A stretch of 34,086 bases of DNA from Candidatus Methanophagales archaeon (GTDB taxonomy: Archaea; Halobacteriota; Syntropharchaeia; Alkanophagales; Methanospirareceae). Each line of letters opens with the position of its first letter. Position 1 is the stretch's first letter. The stretch covers positions 1 through 34,086 of the forward strand of contig JAPWVK010000159.1 in assembly GCA_029241965.1 (NCBI GenBank). The letters run 5' to 3'. Below, one piece after another: positions 1 through 10,847 of the stretch. The notes beneath the pieces were generated by a model, which was not told the DNA's origin, searched no databases, and saw only the letters and a program-made list of their open reading frames with translations. A program made the translations under genes and the position numbers.

Positions 1-2
1 AT

Positions 3-146
3 TTTGTTGGATTTTTCGCAGGAATATATGCAGGGTTGGTAGTATTACTTGCGGATAAAATCCTTCCATATTTATGTTGGTGGACTGTGTTGTATTTTCT
101 ATTATTTGTTCTGTTGACGTTTTTTATGGGTTTCTTTGCATCATGA
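3..146 (+). CDS. 3' end of a hydrophobic membrane protein gene that continues upstream of the window
   Basis: Frame 3 is open from the window edge to TGA at 144-146. It translates to FVGFFAGIYAGLVVLLADKILPYLCWWTVLYFLLFVLLTFFMGFFAS, which is TM-helix-like. No recognisable motif. Confidence 0.3.
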   Translation, partial: FVGFFAGIYAGLVVLLADKILPYLCWWTVLYFLLFVLLTFFMGFFAS

Positions 147-327
147 TTCTTAATTATATTTGCACTTTAAAGAGGAGATGATTAATTAATTACGACTTCT
201 GTTAATAATCAATTCAATATAAAAATCCCGACTCCTCTTTTGTTCACTTTAGGGAAACGAAAAATGGGGGGGGTAAGATATTGCTTCGCAAAAAAAAAAT
301 CAAAGGGTTCGAATCTATCTGGCAAAA

Positions 328-1197
328 TTAACAGAAATCTTCAGTTATATACACCTTGTCATCCCTTGAAATAGCCACACCAATACCTTCACTTTTCCAA
401 TAGGCTGTTAAAATGTTCTGTCTATGCCCGGGGCTATTCATCCAGCCTTGAACAGTGGATTCCGCAATTTCGTCCTGAGAGTTCCAATCATAAGAGGGAA
501 TTCCGCCATAGTATGTTACCGAACTGTATAAATTGTTCTGAAAAATATTTTCAGCACCCTTATAGATGTAGTTTCCCACACGTACATCACAATTAAAGCC
601 TTCTTGTTGGTATCTATAAGAAAAATCATGCCCTTCTGGATCGCTATGAGCAAAATAGTTTCTATTCGCCATATCTTGACTGTGCTTTCTCGCAATAACG
701 CTCAATTTGTCATTCCAAGCTAATGTCGGCAATCCTCGTTTTTCTCTTTCTTCGTTTATCAGGTCGTGGATTTGTTTTTCTAATTCTTGAATATTGATTT
801 CTGGTTTTGATGAAGTCACAGAAGGCGAATAATTGCCTGTTTCGTTCCACCAACTACCAACATCTTCACCTACACTTTGAAAAGATGATTGCATTCCATC
901 AGATTGGAAAGCAGGATATAAGAAATAACCAGCAACTGCTAAAATTGCTAGGGCAATTATAGCCTTTTTAATTTTCATTTCTCTTTCTTTTCTATATTTG
1001 TATCTCAGTTTTCTATAAGCAATAGTGCCTTGACCACCGAGATGTTCAATGTAATATCTGTAATGCTCCCCCGTAAGGTAAATGCCTTCCCAGCGACCAG
1101 TTTTATCTGCCATCTTGTATGCTCTTTTATAAACCCATTGGGGTATTTTCGTTTCGTCTATTTCTTCCCAACCGGTTAAATCAATTTTTCTTGGCAT
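328..1197 (-). CDS. CAP/SCP (PR-1-like, YkwD-type) domain protein with an N-terminal cytoplasmic segment and one TM helix
   Basis: 289-aa ORF. TM helix AIIALAILAVAGYFLY. The C-terminal half has CAP-family signatures: RGLPTLAWNDKLSVIARKHSQDMANRNYFAHSDPEG, GENIF, QGWMNSPGHRQNIL. Confidence 0.7.
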   Translation of the reverse strand: MPRKIDLTGWEEIDETKIPQWVYKRAYKMADKTGRWEGIYLTGEHYRYYIEHLGGQGTIAYRKLRYKYRKEREMKIKKAIIALAILAVAGYFLYPAFQSDGMQSSFQSVGEDVGSWWNETGNYSPSVTSSKPEINIQELEKQIHDLINEEREKRGLPTLAWNDKLSVIARKHSQDMANRNYFAHSDPEGHDFSYRYQQEGFNCDVRVGNYIYKGAENIFQNNLYSSVTYYGGIPSYDWNSQDEIAESTVQGWMNSPGHRQNILTAYWKSEGIGVAISRDDKVYITEDFC

Positions 1198-1226
1198 ATT
1201 TTATTCCCTTTTTCGGATACAATAAC

Positions 1227-1574
1227 CTATATTTTTTCCCATTCTTTACGAATTTTGTAGGAATCGTTTTCTCCGAATATTATCGTTCTTCTGAGCTTTT
1301 TCAAAGCTTCTACTCTTTTTTGAGTCTTCGGACGAACCCATAAAAGACGATATATAAGATATATAAGATATGAAAAAATGAAGATTGAGATGATAAGTAG
1401 AGAAAACCGTAAACCAGAAATGATGGAAGTGATGTTATTAGCTGGTAAATTAGTTGTTCCTGCTGCAAATATAAGGGCTGTAATTGAAAGTGCAACTGCT
1501 ACAAGCAGAGTGATAGTTGGGGTAGTACTATCTTGGCTATTTTGTATTCTCTGTCGAGTAGAGCTCATAGCCAT
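1227..1574 (-). CDS. small hypothetical membrane protein (two hydrophobic helices); start uncertain
   Basis: 115-aa ORF with two TM-like stretches. Its first 7 codons (both candidate ATGs) lie inside domain VI of the adjacent group II intron, so the real 5' end is unclear. Confidence 0.35.
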   Translation of the reverse strand: MAMSSTRQRIQNSQDSTTPTITLLVAVALSITALIFAAGTTNLPANNITSIISGLRFSLLIISIFIFSYLIYLIYRLLWVRPKTQKRVEALKKLRRTIIFGENDSYKIRKEWEKI

Positions 1575-2206
1575 CTCCTCCCGGAAGCTACTATGAGCCC
1601 CCTCACAGAACCGGACTTGAGGTTTTCCCTCATCCAGCTCTTCGGAAGAACCTCCCTACCCTTTACCGGATAGGTTATGAGTCCAGTTTTGTTGCCACCC
1701 TTTACCAGCCTCTTTGTGCGGTGGATGTGTCCCTGACCCAACGGTTCAACCGCCAGCCCCTTCCCTCCACGGGCATTACCCCGCTTCTCCGGTACTATGA
1801 ACTGGTCCGACTCCCAGAGTGTCGTCTGCACTATCTTACCGTTTATATGTTTGATAGGACATACTCCGGTAAGGAGAACACCCCGGGTCTCCCGAGTTAA
1901 CATAATATCCATTTGATACCGTGCCACGGTCTCAGACCCCGTCGGGCTCGCATCGCATCGCCACGTCCTATTAAGACTATCGGCGATGAGAGTACTGCCT
2001 TCCGCCAACCAAACAGCGTCGGCCACCGACACAATAAGAATTTCGTGGCTGAATCCCTTCACTTGCGTTGCAGCCCAGTATCCCATTCCCCTAGCTTCAC
2101 CACAGCCTGTTACCAGGCTGGATGCAAGGTTCAGTTCTGAGGTGGCGGCTAACCTTTCCTCAGGTTGGATTTCCACCAACTGGATATTATGAACTTTGCT
2201 CGGCAC
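1553..2206 (-). mobile_element. ORF-less group II intron, copy A (~654 nt)
   Basis: Domain V is on the minus strand at 1608-1640 (GAGCTGGATGAGGGAAAACCTCAAGTCCGGTTC, with the AGC triad). Domain VI follows, with a GGGA tetraloop, a GCTCATAG/CTATGAGC stem and a bulged A in CTCT-A-CTCGAC. The 3' end is ...GAC (AY rule) at 1553. The 5' end is GTGCC at 2206. No RT ORF is present; the 218-aa ORF 1565..2221 is a translation of structured RNA. Confidence 0.75.
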
Positions 2207-2292
2207 TCCCCCCCCAAACATCTCCAGAACTCTGTACGAACACTAAATCCCTTTACCTGTAACTACGATACTCTGATATACGATACAACCGT

Positions 2293-4026
2293 TCACACAT
2301 CCAACCTGAATATCTTCACCTCTTTGCTCTGATAAAACGGCATGTAACCCTCGATAGAGGGGTTAGTCCATAACCGGTAATAGTTAGTCCGATTTGTGAG
2401 CTCGTTCCGCCCGACCAATCGCCCGTTATCATCAAAATACATCCTGATTGACTCATTACTGGGTGTCAGACTGTAACCCGTGGCATAACCCATTATAGGT
2501 GTCAGATAAGCATCGTACTGAAAAAGCATCAGGTACACTTCCGAGCTATTATGCTTCTGTTTGAGTGTTCGCGCAATCTGCAAGCCTTTGTCCGGGTCCG
2601 TTGCCACGATGACCGCAGAAACCGCTTTTACTGTCTCATCAGGAATGTACATCTGGTCAATTACAGGCCTACGTTTCGCGAAATACGCCAATGAATTGCC
2701 GTGGTCCCACCAGTTGATAAATAGCGAATCTGCGGCTGTGTTGTTCTGGATGTACAAAAATGCTGCTTTCTTTTCTGGTTGGATGATATATCCGCCTGGA
2801 TAGCGCACTTCATTTACGGAACAAATGACAGGATTTACGAATGCGATGACTATGATTACGATAACAGCCACACTCGCAAGCTTTTTCCATACCGATTTTT
2901 GCCGTTCCTGCCCCTGTATTCTTTCTAATATGAACGAGGCACCGATGCCAAGCGAGATGTACACGAACATCGAGAACATATCCATGAAATGGTACGCCCG
3001 AACTGCCGGCATCATGGTAGCGAGCAGTGCGGCAAGGAGATACAAACCACTTCTTCCATCGCGTTTGTAAAGGCCATACACACCAACTGCGGTCATGACA
3101 AGCCCAACCAGCAGAAATGTCCCGAAAAGCGATTCAAAACTTTCTATGCGCGGCGGCATAAGGTCGCTTGTGAATTTATAGACCAAAGGACCTTCTGCAA
3201 ATCCCAGCATCTGTGCCGCTCTCAAGATTTCCACGGGTCCACGCACCGGATAGAGAATCAGCGCTATTATAGTGCCAAAGAACAGCGAGGAACAGATGAG
3301 CACCCACGTTTTCGGCAGATAACTCTTATATTGTTTCATAGAATCACGCTTGACCAAAACGGAAGTGGTTAAAAGGAGTGCATAAAAGATCAGTATCGCA
3401 TGAATGATGAAATATCCACCCCACGTGAAACCTGTGATGCCAATAAGAGCTGCGGGAGTGAGTATAGAAGCCAAATAGATAGCTCGATCCTTGAATCCCC
3501 TCGGAAACGGATTATCAACAGTTTTTAGTGCGTACCAAAAAGCGACAACCGTTAATAAGATTAGAAACAGAGAAAGAGCGTCGTGGAAGACGAACCCTTT
3601 CATGGTGCGTAAGATCAGAATATGAGAGAATGACGCGAGCACACCCGCAATGATTCCCGCAGACTTATTAAATAGGCTCGTTGCAAACCAGTATATAACC
3701 AGCACGGTAGCAGCACCGAGTAAGGGCGGCACCAGACCCTCAGCGATAATCATGCTTGGTTGCGAGAATTTGTAAGGAATGAGATCAATCAACCAGCCCA
3801 CGAAGGCAAGAAGATAAGCCATACCGGGCTGATATAACGGCGCTGAACTGAACGGGTCAGGAACTGCAGGATGTCCAAACGAATAGATATATTCTGCCTG
3901 TCTTGCCATATAAGCATCGTTATCCCATTTTGTCTCCCAAGTACCACCTAAAAAGCGTATGGCGAATGCTAAAATAAAGAGCAAGATAAAAGGAAACAGC
4001 TCTTCTATCTTCTTTCTTGCACTCAT
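2293..4026 (-). CDS. aglB: archaeal oligosaccharyltransferase AglB (STT3 family), short form
   Basis: 577-aa polytopic membrane protein. It has an N-terminal acidic loop motif (TKWDNDAYMARQ) and the diagnostic WWDxG motif (INWWDHGNSLAY) before a C-terminal soluble domain. Confidence 0.75.
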   Translation of the reverse strand: MSARKKIEELFPFILLFILAFAIRFLGGTWETKWDNDAYMARQAEYIYSFGHPAVPDPFSSAPLYQPGMAYLLAFVGWLIDLIPYKFSQPSMIIAEGLVPPLLGAATVLVIYWFATSLFNKSAGIIAGVLASFSHILILRTMKGFVFHDALSLFLILLTVVAFWYALKTVDNPFPRGFKDRAIYLASILTPAALIGITGFTWGGYFIIHAILIFYALLLTTSVLVKRDSMKQYKSYLPKTWVLICSSLFFGTIIALILYPVRGPVEILRAAQMLGFAEGPLVYKFTSDLMPPRIESFESLFGTFLLVGLVMTAVGVYGLYKRDGRSGLYLLAALLATMMPAVRAYHFMDMFSMFVYISLGIGASFILERIQGQERQKSVWKKLASVAVIVIIVIAFVNPVICSVNEVRYPGGYIIQPEKKAAFLYIQNNTAADSLFINWWDHGNSLAYFAKRRPVIDQMYIPDETVKAVSAVIVATDPDKGLQIARTLKQKHNSSEVYLMLFQYDAYLTPIMGYATGYSLTPSNESIRMYFDDNGRLVGRNELTNRTNYYRLWTNPSIEGYMPFYQSKEVKIFRLDV

Positions 4027-4063
4027 GGCTTTACACCATTTTTTCTGTGTCTTTTCAAATGAG

Positions 4064-5977
<1,914 letters not shown>

Positions 5978-6024
5978 CTATCTATTTATGTGAGATACAT
6001 TTAAATAAATCAGCATTAAAATTG

Positions 6025-6184
6025 CTGTATTTGTATAGCAAATTTTTAAAACCACGAGATTCCACAAGATCAACACAAGAAATAGGGATTAATGTGGGAT
6101 AATGTGGCCTATGGTATACTAAAATCTGGTTACTGCCCTTCTATTCTCGTGGAAATCGGTAAAATCTTGTGGTTAACTAAACAA
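6025..6184 (+). repeat. MITE-like intergenic repeat, copy R1
   Basis: Shares its ends with copies at 12310-12450, 13971-14125 (inverted) and 33831-34006. The ends are CTGTATTTGTATAGCAAATTTTTAAAACCACGAGATTCCACAAGAT ... TTCTCGTGGAAATCGGTAAAATCTTGTGGTTAACTAAACAA. The terminal segments are inverted relative to each other (ACCACGAGAT / ATCTTGTGGT). Confidence 0.7.
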
Positions 6185-6444
6185 TCACAAATTGCTCTCC
6201 ACCATCTATATTTTATCGTATAACCAAGCGGACAGTTTGATCTCGAAAGATGATGTTGGGCAAGTCACGAAGTATAAATAGAGGAAATAAAAATTAAAAT
6301 AGTGATTTGAAATGGAAGAGAGGTTTTGATATGTGATAAATGTTGATAGAAAGTTGGTTTGGGAATGAAGGAATCCGAGACAAAATCAGGGAAAAGAGAT
6401 AGTGATAGCGTGGCGAACAAAAGAAAAGATTCTGGTGTGTTGAA

Positions 6445-6696
6445 ATGGAGATAGAATTTCCATATGTGGAAGAGGAAAGCAGTGTGTTGGAGACAGTAAA
6501 GAGGCCCCGCATCAAGAGGGATGCTCTTTCGGAACTGGTAAGCGATTGGGTTACTATAGATGAGGTTTTGGTGGATACCGGTGCTGATTTCTGTGTGCTG
6601 CCAAAGTATATCGGTGAGACACTGGTTAAGGACATAACAACCGGCAATTTACCTCTTACGAAAATACCCCTTTCAGCCCAGTACTGTCCACCATGA
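6445..6696 (+). pseudogene. truncated retropepsin-like (clan AA) aspartic protease homolog
   Basis: 83 aa with the DTGA active-site motif (VLVDTGADFCVLPKYIGETLVKDITTG). It is paralogous to 21699..22136 but lacks the C-terminal half and overlaps the 3' end of the convergent gene 6656..7603. Confidence 0.45.
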
Positions 6697-7603
6697 TCAT
6701 ATTCAACCGTACCACTAACGCGAAAGAGAGCCCGAGGACCTCCCCGTTTGGTATGCCAAGCAGGAGGAACATCACCGCCGTTGTGCCTTCCATTAGCCCC
6801 AATCCCGACACTGTTACAGGCACGAACCTGAGAAGGGTAATCAAAGGATGCAGAAGGAAATAAGTCAAAAAGCTTAATTCGGTGATGCCCAGCGATAAAC
6901 CAATGAGCTGCCATTGAAGCGCCAGAAGTATCCAGCAGATGAAATATATAATGAGGATAACAGGAAGGCTATCCCGAATCGAAAGACTCTTATCCTTCAT
7001 ATTCTGAAAATCGTCCTTGAATTTCTTGATGTATGGTATCTTAGCGAGTAGATTGCTCGATAACGATTCATCTGTCCACAATATCCAGAGCATAACCACA
7101 CCCAAGCCACCAAAAATACAGCCGCCTATACACAATGATACCAGCACATTTGTGCTTATATTCACAGAAACCGCAGTGATAAAGAATATTAAGCCGAGGA
7201 AGCCGCCTACGACTTTCAAAACGAACTCTATACCCTGCGGTGCCAGAATTGCTGCCATACCGTGGGAAATACTGCAATTTGTACGATTCTTCAAGAAATA
7301 CGGTACAAGAAAAAACCCAGACCTGCCTGGCGTAACATCCGAGGCTATCATACCAGCAATGTGTGCAAAGAACGAATGCGTGAAACTAACCTTATTGCCC
7401 ATCGTACCCAGCAGGTAGTAAAGACGATACGCCATAATGAGGTTGTAGCAGAGATAGGAAATAGCTGCGGCTACGAATAATAAAATGTTTACACCTCTTA
7501 TCGCTGCTAACACCTCATGGATGTCTATCTTATAAAACAGAAGTGCGAGTATCGTTATTCCTATAAATACCTGGACGAATCTTCTTTTATTGTTCATAAA
7601 CAT
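6656..7603 (-). CDS. polytopic membrane protein, flippase-like / UPF0104 (lysyl-PG synthase TM-region) family
   Basis: 315 aa with about 8 hydrophobic helices. The N-terminal pattern KRRFVQVFIGITILALLFYKIDIHEVLAAI is typical of this family. The family assignment is from memory of the architecture only. Confidence 0.55.
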   Translation of the reverse strand: MFMNNKRRFVQVFIGITILALLFYKIDIHEVLAAIRGVNILLFVAAAISYLCYNLIMAYRLYYLLGTMGNKVSFTHSFFAHIAGMIASDVTPGRSGFFLVPYFLKNRTNCSISHGMAAILAPQGIEFVLKVVGGFLGLIFFITAVSVNISTNVLVSLCIGGCIFGGLGVVMLWILWTDESLSSNLLAKIPYIKKFKDDFQNMKDKSLSIRDSLPVILIIYFICWILLALQWQLIGLSLGITELSFLTYFLLHPLITLLRFVPVTVSGLGLMEGTTAVMFLLLGIPNGEVLGLSFALVVRLNMIMVDSTGLKGVFS

Positions 7604-7640
7604 TTATTTAAAAAGAAAGCTTTACCAAAGAAATAAAATT

Positions 7641-7685
7641 TTTTCTTTTAGTGCAGGTTTTCTTTTTATAAAAAGAAAAAGTGCA
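7641..7685 (+). promoter_or_regulatory. AT-rich palindromic module (candidate bidirectional promoter/TATA element) in the divergent intergenic region
   Basis: TTTTCTTTTAGTGCAGGTTTTCTTTTTATAAAAAGAAAAAGTGCA contains the perfect palindrome TTTCTTTTTATAAAAAGAAA. It lies between the divergent gene start at 7603 and tRNA-Leu. Near-copies occur at 14126-14176 and 33880-33932. Confidence 0.35.
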
Positions 7686-7686
7686 T

Positions 7687-7769
7687 GCGGAGGTCGCCGA
7701 GTGGACAAAGGCGTGAGGTTCAGGGCCTCATCCCGTAGGGGTTCGGGAGTTCGAATCTCCCCCTCCGCA
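7687..7769 (+). tRNA. tRNA-Leu (anticodon CAG), class II with long variable arm
   Basis: Cloverleaf folded by hand. The acceptor GCGGAGG pairs with CCTCCGC, followed by discriminator A. The anticodon stem TGAGG/CCTCA carries loop TTCAGGG. The variable arm is TCCCGTAGGGGTTC. The T-arm is GGGAG-TTCGAAT-CTCCC. No CCA is encoded. Confidence 0.93.
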
Positions 7770-7804
7770 TCAAAGAACATAACAGAGCCTTAGAAAAGGA
7801 AGAA

Positions 7805-8776
7805 ATGAAAGATAGCGAACCGATGGCGATATTGGAAAGGAACGTAGAGGAGATAGTAACGAGCGCAGATTTGAAAGAGGCTCTGGCATCACTGCCTGAC
7901 TCTAAAGATAAACTAAGAGCGTATGTGGGCTTTGAACCAAGCGGCGTAGTGCACATTGGGCATTTACCCCTAATAAACAAGTTGCGGGAGCTGCAACGCA
8001 TTGGCTTTCATGTAATCGTGCTGCTTGCCGATATGCACGCGTACCTGAACGAAAAAGGTACTTTCGAAGCAATAAGAGATACTGCGGAATACAATAAGAA
8101 ATGTTTTGCAGCGGCGGGCTTGAGTGACGAGACCGAATTTATCTTCGGAGCTTCTTTTCAGATGCAAGAAGACTATATGCTGAACGTATTAAAGCTTGCA
8201 ACGGTGACAACCGAGAAGCGAGCGCGGCGGAGCATGGATGAACTTTCGCGTAGCAAGGAAGATCGGAAAGTATCGCAACTGATATATCCATTGATGCAAG
8301 CCGTAGACATTGCAGCCCTTGATATAGATGTAGCAGTGGGCGGCATAGACCAGCGGAAAATACACATGCTTGCAAGAGAGAACCTCCCAAAATTAGGCTT
8401 TAAAGCACCTATTTGTATTCATACCCCGCTGTTAATCGGGTTGGATGGCGAGAAGATGTCCTCTTCATTGGGTAATTTTATTTCCGTGCATGAGCTGGTG
8501 GAAGACGTGGAGACCAAGATAAAAGCTGCTTTTTGCCCTCCTGAAATAGCAGACGGCAATCCTGTACTGCAAATCTACAAGCACACTATATTCCCGGTTG
8601 TGGAAGAAGTGCGGATTGAACGGCCGGCAAAATATGGCGGTGACGTAAATTATAATCGGTACGCGGATTTAGAACGTGATTATACCGGGGGAAAATTGCA
8701 CCCGCTGGATGTGAAAACAACTGCTGCGAGGTATCTGAATGAGATACTGGCGCCTATCAGGAATAGATTGCAATAG
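7805..8776 (+). CDS. tyrS: tyrosyl-tRNA synthetase (archaeal type)
   Basis: 323 aa. Class I HIGH motif (GFEPSGVVHIGH) and KMSKS-type motif (GEKMSSSLGNFI). Size and layout match archaeal TyrRS. Confidence 0.93.
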   Translation: MKDSEPMAILERNVEEIVTSADLKEALASLPDSKDKLRAYVGFEPSGVVHIGHLPLINKLRELQRIGFHVIVLLADMHAYLNEKGTFEAIRDTAEYNKKCFAAAGLSDETEFIFGASFQMQEDYMLNVLKLATVTTEKRARRSMDELSRSKEDRKVSQLIYPLMQAVDIAALDIDVAVGGIDQRKIHMLARENLPKLGFKAPICIHTPLLIGLDGEKMSSSLGNFISVHELVEDVETKIKAAFCPPEIADGNPVLQIYKHTIFPVVEEVRIERPAKYGGDVNYNRYADLERDYTGGKLHPLDVKTTAARYLNEILAPIRNRLQ

Positions 8777-8871
8777 CAAATTTGGGAAAGAAAGCTTTAC
8801 TAAAGAAAAAGAAAGGGTAATATAAAAGTGTACATTGAAACCGCGGTAAAGGAGAATAGGAGGGATAGGGA

Positions 8872-10191
8872 ATGGTAGCAGCTATCATAGCCTTCGTTGT
8901 GTTTATAATCGGGGCAGGTCTATCATGGGAAATATGGCAAGGAATCAAAAAAGCAGAAGAACCTATTGAGAATCAAGAAAAAGCATTTAAGGAAAAACGT
9001 GAAGAGCTTAGAGTCTTATATTCAGAATTAGGGGTAATCCCTATGGATGAAAGAGATACAAAACGAAAAGAAATCCAGAACAAGCGTAATGAACTTCGGA
9101 CGGAAAGAGAGAAATTAACTAAAAAAGTAGAAACAGAGCAAGTAGGAAATTACTTAAAGCTCATATCCACTATAGTTGGAACGTTTTATCTAATGATACT
9201 TATTCTGATAACGGGAGCAGAGAAAGGATTGGGGCTTTTTTCGTGGATGATGATTTGGGCTCTACCAATAGTGATTGCATTCTATATTCTATCAAGTATT
9301 AAAACGGTAGGCGCAGACGAAAAGGGATTAAAGCTTTTCATGGATTTACCTTATCAAGAAGCAAAAAGTGGTCCAAATTTTGTTCCCCTTCAGTTGGTTC
9401 AACTGCTAAAATTACCGACTACCGTTAATTATTTGAAATTTGAGGAAGATACAGTAATGCTTACAGGACCAGAATCACAGCCATTACGACTTAATTTTTC
9501 TTTAAAATGGAATATAAAACAACTATTTGATGCCGTGACCACCCTTGGAATGAGTATGGATAAAATCAGCGGCAAGCTTGAAGGACCACCAGAAGGAAGT
9601 GGGGAAAAAGGAATATTAAGAGACAGAGTGGCTGAGATAAGCCGTTCTTTCTTTGCTAAATTAACAGGAAAAGATGCTCTTGATAAGGCATTAGGAAGCC
9701 GTGAAGAACTCGTAGGAGCGCTAAACGAGCAACTCAGGGATATGCTAGAATACCACGGAATTGAATGTGATGTGATAGTTGGTGATATAAATCCCGCAGA
9801 TGAAATGGTCAAAGCCCGGCTCGATAAGACTACGACTAAAGTGGAAGTGGAAACTGCGAAAGAAAAGCGTAAAGTGAAATTTGAAGAAGGGGCAGCGAAG
9901 ATAGATGTTATCAAACATCTTAAACAAGAAATACCGGAAGCTGAAAGAATAGTTCCCTTGATCTCAGTAATGATGCTTGGTGAAGATGCGATTGGAAAAT
10001 TGATGGAGGGTGCGGGGAAATTGAATATTTATTTAGCGCCGGCGTTACAAGAACTCTTTGCCGCTCTTAAAGGCGGTTCTACACCAGAAATTAATGAATC
10101 AACGCAAAAACTATTAGAATTTTCGGAAGATGAAATAAGAAGTCTAATAGAGTTTGCAAAGACTTTATCAGGCAAAGATGAGAAAAAATGA
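8872..10191 (+). CDS. membrane protein with coiled-coil and SPFH/band-7-like region
   Basis: 439 aa. It has an N-terminal TM helix, a K/E-rich coiled coil and two further TM helices. A segment GADEKGLKLFMDLPYQEAKSGPNFVPLQLVQLLKLPTT resembles the start of SPFH domains. The function call is weak. Confidence 0.5.
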   Translation: MVAAIIAFVVFIIGAGLSWEIWQGIKKAEEPIENQEKAFKEKREELRVLYSELGVIPMDERDTKRKEIQNKRNELRTEREKLTKKVETEQVGNYLKLISTIVGTFYLMILILITGAEKGLGLFSWMMIWALPIVIAFYILSSIKTVGADEKGLKLFMDLPYQEAKSGPNFVPLQLVQLLKLPTTVNYLKFEEDTVMLTGPESQPLRLNFSLKWNIKQLFDAVTTLGMSMDKISGKLEGPPEGSGEKGILRDRVAEISRSFFAKLTGKDALDKALGSREELVGALNEQLRDMLEYHGIECDVIVGDINPADEMVKARLDKTTTKVEVETAKEKRKVKFEEGAAKIDVIKHLKQEIPEAERIVPLISVMMLGEDAIGKLMEGAGKLNIYLAPALQELFAALKGGSTPEINESTQKLLEFSEDEIRSLIEFAKTLSGKDEKK

Positions 10192-10847
10192 CTGAAGCAC
10201 TTCTGGCGCTGGTAGTTGATCTCAGTATAGCAGGTGTAATTTTCTTAATCTGGTACTTCTATAAGGACTCAAAAGCGCCGAAAACAGAAGGAAAAACAAA
10301 AACCGCCGAAGCGCCGACAACACCAGCTCCAGAGAAAGAATTTCCTTGGGGACTAATTATTGGAGGAATAATATTGATAATAGCAATAATAGCAATTGCT
10401 TCTGTTGTCAGTAACTTGGACAGCCAGCCAGCTCCTAAGAAAACAACTAAAACAGAAGAAATAGTAACAGTCAGAGTATACGCTAACGGCTATACTTGCG
10501 CTGTAACTCCCTTTTTTGAAAAAGGACAAACAATCGTAATTACAGCCACTGGAAACATTTTAGATTCGACAAATCAAAACAGAATTGGTCCTGAAGGATA
10601 TCAGTCAGACCCGATAAATATTCAAGGGTATAAAAAATGCATGAGTAATATCAGATATAGAGCATTGATCGGATATTTTGAAGGAGACTCTGGGCATTGT
10701 TTCCATATTGGAACAAGTATGAGCATTGAAGCAGAAAGATCAGGAATACAAACAATCTGTTTTACTACTAATAAAGTCAACGAGCTACGCAATAACTACG
10801 AAAATGACAGCGGATATTACACAGTGACAATCAGAGTAGTCGATTAG
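10188..10847 (+). CDS. single-pass membrane protein with a C-terminal beta-rich (PA-IL/LecA-lectin-like) domain
   Basis: 219 aa. Its start overlaps the upstream stop (ATGA), suggesting translational coupling. It has two TM helices. The C-terminal pattern GQTIVITATGN...IGPEGY...ALIGYFEG...FHIG...DSGYYTVTIRV resembles the LecA fold family (low certainty). Confidence 0.5.
   Translation: MTEALLALVVDLSIAGVIFLIWYFYKDSKAPKTEGKTKTAEAPTTPAPEKEFPWGLIIGGIILIIAIIAIASVVSNLDSQPAPKKTTKTEEIVTVRVYANGYTCAVTPFFEKGQTIVITATGNILDSTNQNRIGPEGYQSDPINIQGYKKCMSNIRYRALIGYFEGDSGHCFHIGTSMSIEAERSGIQTICFTTNKVNELRNNYENDSGYYTVTIRVVD

Noticed and set aside
1565-2221. 218-aa minus-strand ORF ([12 protein letters not shown]...[16 protein letters not shown]) and the overlapping plus-strand ORFs at 1913-2192
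   Set aside because: They coincide exactly with group II intron A. The protein is a read-through of structured RNA: domain V and domain VI translate to ...[14 protein letters not shown].... It has no RT motifs and biased Gly/Arg content.
2561-3372. Plus-strand ORFs antisense to aglB (80-127 aa)
   Set aside because: These are shadow ORFs within a polytopic membrane-protein gene that carries a diagnostic WWDHG motif on the minus strand.
6294-6914. 206-aa minus-strand ORF overlapping both the retropepsin fragment and the 3' end of 6656..7603
   Set aside because: It is out of frame with, and largely inside, a well-supported membrane-protein gene. Composition is low-complexity and no motif is present.
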